Assembly: GCF_009914755.1 (NCBI RefSeq)
Contig: NC_060940.1
Strand: one strand, 5' to 3'
DNA from: the human T2T-CHM13v2.0 reference genome, Homo sapiens
Length of the DNA stretch: 64,000 nucleotides
Part shown: positions 1 through 12,184 of the stretch, in pieces
Position numbering within the stretch: position 1 is the stretch's first letter
How the letters are laid out: every line of letters begins with the position of its first letter
The notes under the pieces: model-generated
What the model was told of the DNA's origin: nothing
The model's database searches: none
The model's input: the letters and a program-made list of their open reading frames with translations, nothing else
Made by a program: the position numbers and the translations under genes

Positions 1-314
1 CCCTCATGAATGGCTTGGTGCTGTTTCTGCAGTAGTGAGAACTGAATTGATTTCCGTGGGACTGGATTAGTCCCTCTGAGAGTGGTTTGTTATAAAGCCA
101 GGAAGCCTCTTAGGTTTTCCTCTCTTCACATATGTCCACTTCCCTTTTGACTTTCTCTGCCATGTTGTGACACAGCACAGAAGCCCTCCCCAGAGGTCAG
201 GGCCATGCCCTTGGCCTTCTCAGCTTGTAGGACCATGAGCTAAATAACTGTTTTTCTTTACACATTGCCAAGTCTGAGGTATTTTTTTATAGCAATACAA
301 AATGGACTAAGACA
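1..314 (+). mobile_element. MaLR LTR (MST-like), partial
   Basis: Ends in the typical MST 3' terminus ...tatagcaatacaaaatggactaagaca. Confidence 0.7.
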
Positions 315-416
315 ATTACTAAATATTATCTGAGAGGAAATAAATGGAGATACTTCCTGGCTGGTTTCTGTCTCTGAGTTTCTTGAAGTTTCTCATTTGT
401 AATTAAAATAATCAAG

Positions 417-748
417 GGCCAGGCGCGGTGGCTCCCGCCTGTAATCCCAGCACTTTGGGAGGCCAAGGAGGGCGGGTAACTTGAGGTCGGGAGTTTGAGA
501 CCGGCCTGGCCAACATGGTGAAACACTGTCTCTACTAAAAATACAAAAAAAATGTAGCCAGGCATGGTGGCGCATGCTTGTAATCCCAGCTACTTGGGAG
601 GCTGAGGCGACAGGACTGCTTAACCCAGGAGGCGAAGGTTTCAGTGAGCCAAGATTGCTGCTACTGTACTCCAGCCTGGGTGACAGAGCAAGACTCTGTC
701 TCATAAACAAAACAAAACAAAACAAATAATATAAAATAAAATAAAATA
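417..748 (+). mobile_element. Alu, full length, with (AAAAC)n/(TAAAA)n tail
   Basis: GGCCAGGCGCGGTGGCTC start, dimeric body, flanked by aaaataatcaa TSD. Confidence 0.92.
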
Positions 749-922
749 ATCAAAAGCATGGTCTAGGCTAGAGAAAAAAAGTCAGACTTGATTCGGGCAC
801 GTCTGAAACCAGCCTTAACAACCCCATGATGTGTTTATCACATGGGTACTGCACTTGGTAGGCAGCCAACAAACCAGAGGTCTTTCAGAAATACAACCCC
901 AGAGCCTCATACCTGGAGATGA

Positions 923-1261
<339 letters not shown>

Positions 1262-1390
1262 CAGCTGTGGGGTTTTGCATGAGTTATCTACCCCCTCTAA
1301 GCCTCAGTCTCCTCACCTACAAATGGTGACAATTGACAGTAACTGTGCCACTAGGCAGGTGTGAAGAAAAATGAGATAATGCGTATGGAT

Positions 1391-1920
<530 letters not shown>

Positions 1921-2085
1921 TATAGATGACCTAATTCTGTGCAAGGTGCTTAGTTAGTATTCAATAAACGATAATCGTGTTCATTTTTCCTCTCTTTGGA
2001 TTGCAATAATATAATATTTCGAAAATACTTTCCTAGACATTCTTTTTTAAAAAAAGTTACTTGCATTTAAAAAAAAAATTAACTT

Positions 2086-2689
2086 GGCTCGGCGTGGTGG
2101 CTCACGCCTGTAATCCCAGCAGTTTGGGAGGCCGAGGCGGGTGGATCAAGAGGTCAAGAGACGGAGACCATCCTGGCCAACATGGTGAAACACCGTCTCT
2201 ACTAAAAATACAAAAATTAGCTGGGCTTGGTGGCGAGCACCTGTAGTCCCAGCTATTCGGGAAGCTGAGGCAGGAGAATCGCTTTAACTAGGGAGGTGGA
2301 GGTTGCAGTGAGCCAAGATCGTGCCACTGCACTCCAGCCCTGGTGACAGAGCGAGACTCTGTCTCAAAAAAAAAAATTTTTTTAACTTTTTTTTTTTTTT
2401 TTTTGAGACAGAGTCTCACTCTGCCACTGAGCCTGGAGTGCAGCAGTGGTGTGATCTCCACTCACCGCAATCTCTGCTTGCTGGGCTCAAGTGATTCTCA
2501 TGCCTCAGCCTCCTGAGTAGCTGGGACTACAAGTGTGTGCCACCACGCTTGGCTCATTTTTGTGTTTTTAGTAGAGATGGGGTTTCACCACGTTTGTCAG
2601 GCTGGTCTTGAACTCCTGGCCTCAAGTCGTCCATCCTCCTCAGTCTCCCAAAGTGCTGGAATTACAGGTGTGAGGCACTGCACCCGGCT
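2086..2689. mobile_element. Two Alus tail-to-tail (+ 2086-2375; - 2386-2689)
   Basis: The sense Alu poly-A is followed within ~10 nt by the poly-T of an antisense Alu. Confidence 0.88.
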
Positions 2690-2769
2690 CATACATTTTT
2701 TGAAATGTATGTGGAATAGTTAATTTCATGTTATGTGCATTTTACCTCAATTTAAAAAACTGTGATGAT

Positions 2770-5005
2770 AAGCAGCATAAGACAAAATAGATAAATTGTA
2801 CTGCATGAAAATTGAAAACATTTTGTGCTTCGAAGGACAGCATCAATACAGTGAAAACGCAATTCGCAGAATGGGAGAATGTATTTGCAAATCATTTATC
2901 TGATAAGAGACTATTATGTAGAATACATAAAAACTCTGACAACTCTATAACAAAAAGACAACCCAATTAAAAATGAGTGAAATACATGAATAGACATTTC
3001 GTTGTTTTTTTTTTTTTTTTTTTGAGACAGAGTCTTGCACTGTCGCCCAGGCTGGAGTGTAGTGGCACAATCTTGGCTCACTGCAACCTCTATCTCCTGG
3101 GTTCAAGTGATTCTCTTGCCTCAGCCTCCTTAGTAGCTGCGATGACAGGCACGTGCCACGACCCCCAGCTATTTTTTGTATTTTTTAGTAGAGATGGGGT
3201 TTCAACATGTTGGCCAGGCTGGTCTCAAACTCCTGACCTCAAGTGGTCCTCTCACCTCGGCCTCCCAAATTGCTGGGATTACAGGCATGAGCCACCATGC
3301 CCCGCCTGAATAGACATTTCTTCAAAGAAGATAAACAAATGCCACAGCACATGAAGAAATGATCAACATCATTAGGCAACAGGGAATTGCAAATTAAAAC
3401 CACAGTGAGATACTACATCCCACTCACTAGGATAGCTATAATAAAAAGGACAGGCGCTGGTTGTGGTGGCGTGTGTCTGTAGTCCCAGCTACTCAGGAGG
3501 CTGAGGCAGGAGGAAGGGCTGTGCCTAAGGATGGGGGTTCCCAGGTCAGAAACAAAGCGGTCATAACTCCCATGCTGATCAGTAGTGGGATCGCTCTGTG
3601 AATAGCCACTGCACTCCAGCCTTCGAAATAGAGGAATACCTTGTCTCCAAAAACAAAACAAAACAAGACAAAACAAAAAAGATGCTGGGCACGGTGGCTT
3701 ATGCCTGTAATCCCAGCACTTCGGGAGAGCGAGGCAGGCGGATCACCTGAGGTCCAGAGTTTGAGACCAGCTTGGCCAACGTGGTGAAACCCCATGTCTA
3801 CTGAAAAAATAAAAAAATTAGCCAGGCATGGTGGCGTGTGTCTGTAATCCCAGCTACTCGGGAGCCTCAGGCAGGAGAATTGCTTGAATCAGGGAGGCAG
3901 AGGTTGCAGTGAGCTGAGATCTGGCCACTGCACTCCAGCCTGGGCGACAGAGCGAGACTCCATCTCAAAAAAAAAAAAAAAAGGACACAATAACAAGCGT
4001 TGGCGAGGATGTGGAGAAATTGGAACCCTTGTGCACTGCTAGTGGAAACGTAAAATAGTGCAGCTATTTTGCATAACAGGTTGGCAGTTTTTCAATGAGT
4101 TAAATATAGTTACACTGTGACCCAGCAATTCCGCTTCTAGGTGTAGAGCCAGGAGAAATGGAAACATATGTCCACGCGAAACTTGTATGTGAATATGCAT
4201 AACCACATTATTCATAATAGTCAAAAATTGGAAGTAATCTAAGTGCTCATCAACTGATGATTAGATAAACAAATTGTGGTATGTGTATGTATATATGCAA
4301 TGAAATATGAAATATTTGTAATACTCTTTGGCCATAAAAAGAATAAAGTACTGATACATGTTATGTCAAGGAAGAACCTTGGAAAAACTATGTTAGGTGA
4401 AAGAAGCCAGACACAAAAGGCTAAATATTTTATAACCTAATTTATATTAAATGTCCAGTATAGGCAAATCCAAACAGAGAGAAAGTAATTAGCGCTTGTC
4501 AAGGGCTCAGGGGAGGGTAATGGGGAGTGACTGGTAATGATGAGGGGGTGGGGGTTCTTTTTTTTTTTTTTTTTTTGAGATGGAGTCTCGCTCTGTCTCC
4601 CAGGCTGGAGTGCAGTGGCGCGATCTTGGCTCACTGCAAGCTCTGTCTCCGGGGTTCACGCCATTCTCTTGGCTCAGCCACCCGAGTAGCTGGGACTAGA
4701 GGCGCCCACCATGATACCCGGCTAATTTTTTGTATTTTTTAGCAGAGACGGGGATTCACCATGTTAGCCAGGATGGTCTCGATCTCCTGACCTCGTGATC
4801 CACTCTCCTCGGCCTCCCAAAGTGCTGGGATTACAGGCCTGAGCCACCGTGCCTGGCCTAGTGAGGGGGTTCTTTTAAGGGTGATGAAAGTGTTCTGTAA
4901 TTAGATAGTGGTAATAATTGCATAACTGTGAATATACTAAAAACCACTGAATCATATACTTTAATGTGCGAACTGTAGGCTGTGTGAATTACATATCAAT
5001 AAATG
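2770..5005 (+). mobile_element. Old L1 (L1MB-like) 3' portion, interrupted by Alus (3005-3307 -, 3684-3982 +, 4557-4858 -) and a 7SL retrocopy
   Basis: L1 ORF2-end/3' UTR hallmarks: atttgcaaatcatttatctgataag, aaattaaaaccacagtgagatac, ggcgaggatgtggagaaattggaaccc, and terminal aattacatatcaataaa. Confidence 0.8.
3456..3648 (+). pseudogene. 7SL (SRP) RNA retropseudogene, internally deleted
   Basis: Contains 7SL S-domain sequence absent from Alu (tgcctaagga..gggg, cccaggtcagaaac, actccc(a)tgctgatcagtagtgggatcgc..tgtgaatagccactgcactccagcc), followed by an A-rich tail. Confidence 0.85.
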
Positions 5006-5084
5006 TATGTGAAAAGAATCTGTTTCAAAGTAAGGACATTCAAATTCCCATGGTTCCTTCATTGTTACAGTCTTTATTTTATTC

Positions 5085-8180
<3,096 letters not shown>

Positions 8181-9669
8181 CCTCCTAAAATATTTAACTC
8201 ATATACCTTGTGACTCTAAAATACTATTTCTGAGGATATATATTCAATACACATATGTATATATGCAAGGATGTTCACTGTATTACATATGTACAAGATG
8301 TTCATTATGGCATTGTTTATAATAGCCAAAGACTGGTCACAATCTAAATTTGTATCAATAGGGGCCCTGTAAAATACTTCGTAGTGAATCCATACAATGA
8401 AATTATTTGCAATATTTTAAAAGAATAAATAAGTGTTTAGGTCCCAATGTGGAGACATCCAAATTATGTTAAGGAAAAAAGGCTTGTAGGATAGTACACA
8501 TAAAATCATCTTTTTTTTTCCTTAAGAAGGGACATACTTGTATATAGGTACACACACACATACACACTCGACGTACACATAACTCCGTTTTCAAAGGTCA
8601 CAAGTTATTTCCTGGGAATAGGATTGGGAGGATGTAGAATGAGGTAGGTAGAATGATTTTTGTTTGCTTTTCACTTTATATTCTTCCCTACAATTGGAAA
8701 CCTGTTTTTTAGCCGCCGCGCCAGGCCTAATTTAGCATTTTAGATAGTGATTGATGTTATGAAATAATATAACCAGGCAATACGAGACAGTGTGAAGGGT
8801 GCTACTTTAGGCTTGTCCTAGTAGGCTTCCTAAACAGGAGCTATGTGAGGAAAGAGGAGGAGGAAGAGCTTCCAGAGATAGCAGACTGGGGCAGGAAAGA
8901 GCCTAGTGTCCCAGGGAAATAAGGCAGGCCAGTGTGTGAGCGTCCAGGCGAGGTGGGGAAGAGGGGGAGTGCGCAAGGTACAAGCCAAGTAGGGGATTGT
9001 GTGAGAGGCGCCAGGGCCAGATCCTGCAGGGGTTTGCAGGCCGCGGTGAGGGGGTCAGATTTTCTTCCAAAGCCGCCTTGCTCTGTGCAAGCGCACTATC
9101 GCAGGCTGCGGGCGACGCTGCCTCTGGCCGGCGCCCTCCGCCGCTCCAGGCCGGATGGTGCCTCCCGTGGGCATGTAGGTGGGGATGGTGGGTTTTGCCT
9201 CTGTGCGGTCACCGCCTGTCTGCGTTGCTGCCTTCTCCGGGGCCTCAGACCCTGGAGAAAGCCCCGACAGGGGAGGGGGGCGCGCAGCCGCAGGGGCGTC
9301 CAGCTATCGCGCACTGCGGGGGGAGTAGGGGCGGGCGCAGCGCTCGGCACCGCCACGCGGGTTCGGGCCGGGGAAGGCAGGGGCCGGTACGTGACGCGGG
9401 GCATGCACGTGGCCTGGGAGTGTGCTTTTCGGGACAGGTGCGGGGGCCGCCGCGCGCGCAAAGGCGCAGACGCACGCGTGCGGGCACCGGGCACCGTCGG
9501 CCGTCGGGTTATCCTTGGCTCCGCGGGCGGCCGCCGAGGTCCTGTCCACCCGGAAGGCGCGACGTCCTCGGGGGACGCCAGGGCGCAGGGGCAACTGAGC
9601 CGACTTCGCAACTCGGAAGTTTTTCTTTGGCTGTGATGGTCGATTTGCCCGTCTAAGAAATGGGACTCT

Positions 9670-9792
9670 GGGCCGGGCGCGGTGGCTCAAGCCTGTAATC
9701 CCAGCGCCCTGGGAGGCTGGAAGATCGCCTGAGGCCAGCAGTCTAGACCTCGACAACGTAGCAAGACCCCGTCTCAAAAAAAAAAAAAAAAA
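9670..9792 (+). mobile_element. Alu monomer (FLAM-like) inside the CpG island
   Basis: ggccgggcgcggtggctcaagcctgtaatcccagc...gaccccgtctc plus poly-A; single arm with CpGs retained. Confidence 0.8.
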
Positions 9793-10026
9793 GGGGGAGT
9801 ACTCAAAAGAATAGGAAAGCGCTTTGCAAACTTGGACCCGAGTTGGGCGTTTTATTCACTTTCTCTACTACCCTCCTCCCTTTGGGAGCCCCAGGGGCTG
9901 GAGTAAGCACGCTACCACCCACTATACCTCTCAGTGCCCGCGGCACAGGAGCCGCACTCGACTTTGCATCCCCCCAGGGCCTGTACACGCCGGAAAAGCT
10001 CCCGCGGGGTGCGGTCGCTGGGCCTC

Positions 10027-10461
10027 GTCACGTGATCCCCACTCAACGCCCCTGAGCCGGGGGGGGGGGTGGGGGAAGCAGCGAGCAAGTGCGCATGCGC
10101 ATCCCTTCTAGCTCTTCCCCTCCACCCCCCACCCGCCCCCTTGGCTCGGACGCAACCACTGTCAGCTCCTCCCCCTCCTCCTCCTTCATCCTTCCTGACA
10201 TTCACTCCCTTCCCCCAGCCAATTGGTTACGTCAGGCAGACAGGCCGAAGAACCAATCACGACGCTGTGCTCAGAAGCCGCCACGCGGAACCGGCCGGAT
10301 CCGACTAATAGGGGCCCTTGGAGCGGCCACGCCTCAACCGGGCAGGGTAGCTTGGGCCCAGTGGGCGGTGCTTCTCCTGTCAGCATGTGGGCGGGGTAGG
10401 GCGGGGACCAGCAGCCGCAGAGCCGTCCTCGGCGGTGGCGACGACGACGACGTTGCTCAGT
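10027..10461 (+). promoter_or_regulatory. TATA-less proximal promoter with E-box, NRF1 site, CCAAT boxes, CRE-like site, GC boxes and Inr
   Basis: GTCACGTGAT at 10027-10036; perfect NRF1 palindrome TGCGCATGCGCA at 10090-10101; CCAATTGG at 10219-10226; TTACGTCA at 10227-10234; CCAATCA at 10253-10259; GGGCGGGG twice at ~10389-10407; Inr TCAGTCT at 10457-10463 (putative +1 near 10459). Confidence 0.7.
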
Positions 10462-10548
10462 CTTGGGGTGGGCTCCGCGGTGCAGGCCGAGCTGCGCGGA
10501 GGGCTCGGCGATCAGCGGCGGCGGCGGCAGTGGGGAGGCCGCAGCGCC

Positions 10549-10563
10549 ATGGGGGGGCGTTAG
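10549..10563 (+). other. Upstream ORF (MGGR*) in the HAPSTR1 5' UTR
   Basis: gcgccATGGGGGGGCGTTAG with -3 G and +4 G. It is the only ATG between the putative TSS and the main ATG. Confidence 0.6.
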
Positions 10564-10855
10564 ACAGGCTGCGGCGGCCGAGGCGAGGGGCGGCAGCGGT
10601 TATCTGGTCCGCGGCGACCTTCGGCCGGGCCCGGGGGTGGGAAGGCCTGGGGCGGGGGTCGTCCCTGGTTGCACGGGGCCGCGGGGCGGGGCTCGCCGGC
10701 CGTCGGGGTGCAGGAGGCCTGGGCCGCTGAAAGGAGAAGGCGCCGTCGGTCGCCAGGCCCTGCCGCCGGGCCGCTTGACGACGACGCTCCCGCGGGGGCC
10801 CCGCCTGAGGAGGACGCGGCGGCGGTGGCGGCGAGGCCGCGGGAGGCCGCGGAGG

Positions 10856-11081
10856 ATGGAGGAGCGGAAGGAGGAGGGCGAGGCCGAGATCCAGGAGCAC
10901 GGGCCCGAGCACTGGTTCTCCAAGTGGGAGCGGCAGTGCCTGGCCGAGGCCGAACAGGACGAGCAGCTGCCCCCCGAGCTGCAGGAGGAGGCGGCGGCCG
11001 CCGCGCAGCCCGAGCACAAGCAGCAGAAGCTGTGGCACCTCTTCCAGAACTCGGCCACCGCCGTGGCCCAGCTCTACAAAG
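10856..11081 (+). CDS. HAPSTR1: HAPSTR1 (C16orf72) coding exon 1, aa 1-75 (MEERKEEGEAEIQEHGPEHWFSKWERQC...QLYK)
   Basis: ATG at 10856 in good Kozak context (aggATGg). The translation matches the HAPSTR1/C16orf72 N-terminus as I recall it. The exon ends at donor AAAG|GTGAGG (phase 1). Confidence 0.96.
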
Positions 11082-11731
11082 GTGAGGCCGCCGCCGCCAT
11101 CTTGGTACCGCTTGGCCGCCCCCGCCCGGGCCCGGCCCCGGCCCTATCGGCTCAGCGGCCGCTTCGGGGGGCCGCGACGGCGGCGGCCTCGGGGATCCCG
11201 GCCGGTGGCTCCGCGGCCCTGCCGCCCCCTCCCCGCAAGATGGCGCCGCGGGAGGGAGGCCCGGGGTTGGGGGGACAGGCCAGAGCCGGCGTGGGGGTAG
11301 CCCCGCTTTGGGGTGGTCCGAGGGTCCCCGCTCTCCGGGCCCGGCCACCCGGTGTCCCCCTCGGCCCGGAGAGGGGAGAGGAGGAGCCCCCGTCACAAAA
11401 TGGCGAAGGGAGACGGCGGGGCGGCCCCATTGTGCCCTGAGCCGGCCTCGGGGCGGGGACTGCCAGGGGGGGCGCTTCCCTGCGCCGCGGCTCGTCCCTG
11501 ATCTGTGCCCCTGAGCTCTGCGGCATCCCCTTTTCCCCGCCGCGACCTCCCTGCCCCCCCGGTCCTCACACTGGGTTTGGGATCCCGAAACCCCTGAACA
11601 AAATGGCGAAACCTAATATGGCCGTTCCGGAGTGATTGACGCGCAAATAACATTCTTGTTCTCTTTCTTTCTCTTTCTATGTGTGTTTGTTTTTTCTTTT
11701 TGGTTTTTTTTTTTTTTGGCTTGCTTTTCAG

Positions 11732-11812
11732 ACCGAGTGTGTCAGCAGCCAGGACTTTCTCTCTGGGTCCCCTTCCAAAACGCAGCCACCGCCGTCACCA
11801 ATCTCTACAAAG
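11732..11812 (+). CDS. HAPSTR1: HAPSTR1 coding exon 2 (81 nt; DRVCQQPGLSLWVPFQNAATAVTNLYK)
   Basis: Long polypyrimidine tract with ttttcag| acceptor at 11731 and donor AAAG|GTAAAG at 11813. In frame with exons 1 and 3. Confidence 0.95.
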
Positions 11813-11949
11813 GTAAAGATAACCTTGCTGCATTGCCGATTCAGGGAAGGGCCGCCTGCGTCAGGGTGTCTGCCCTGCGTTCCAAGTGTGTTTTCTGCTC
11901 CCCAGCCCAGCTGCTAACCTTGAATACCTTGCAACTTGAGAATCGCGGC

Positions 11950-12184
11950 GGTGCTCTAGCTAGATCCACCGGAGGCGATTTTGACACCTCCCTCCGCCCC
12001 CCGGGACAGATGGCAACGCCTGGGGACGTTTTTGGTTGGCTTCTCCTAGAAGGGGCTGTTGTTGGGCACCCAGTGTATAGAGGCTGCTGAAGGTCCTGCA
12101 GTGCCCAAGATAACCGCCCCGGCCCCCTCTCAGCGAAGAATTATCCTGCCCCTAAAGTCAGTAGTGCTCAGGTTGAGAAGCGTT
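11950..12184 (+). mobile_element. MER20 at the 3' edge of the CpG island (intron 2)
   Basis: ggcgattttg...ggacgtttttggttg...gaagaattatcctgccc..aaagtcagtagtgctcaggttgagaa resembles the MER20 consensus. Confidence 0.65.

Larger units (their letters stand above)
8990..12150. promoter_or_regulatory. CpG island / HAPSTR1 promoter, 5' UTR, exons 1-2 and intron 1
   Basis: Very high GC and CpG density in contrast to CpG-depleted flanks. The island is interrupted by one Alu monomer at ~9670-9792. Confidence 0.9.

Noticed and set aside
10463-10855. In-frame open 5' extension of HAPSTR1 (ORF 10463..11440)
   Set aside because: There is no in-frame AUG and the near-cognate starts are unremarkable. Openness is explained by GC content, so this would need Ribo-seq support.
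8932-11653. Long overlapping ORFs on both strands in the CpG island (234, 219, 213, 278 aa, etc.)
   Set aside because: Low-complexity R/G/A/P translations are expected from stop-poor GC-rich DNA. Only 10856-11081 matches a real protein.
11082-12090. Read-through ORFs into intron 1 (to 11440) and intron 2 (to 12090)
   Set aside because: The donors are reasonable, the stops lie upstream of further junctions (NMD-prone), and the intron 2 extension runs into MER20.
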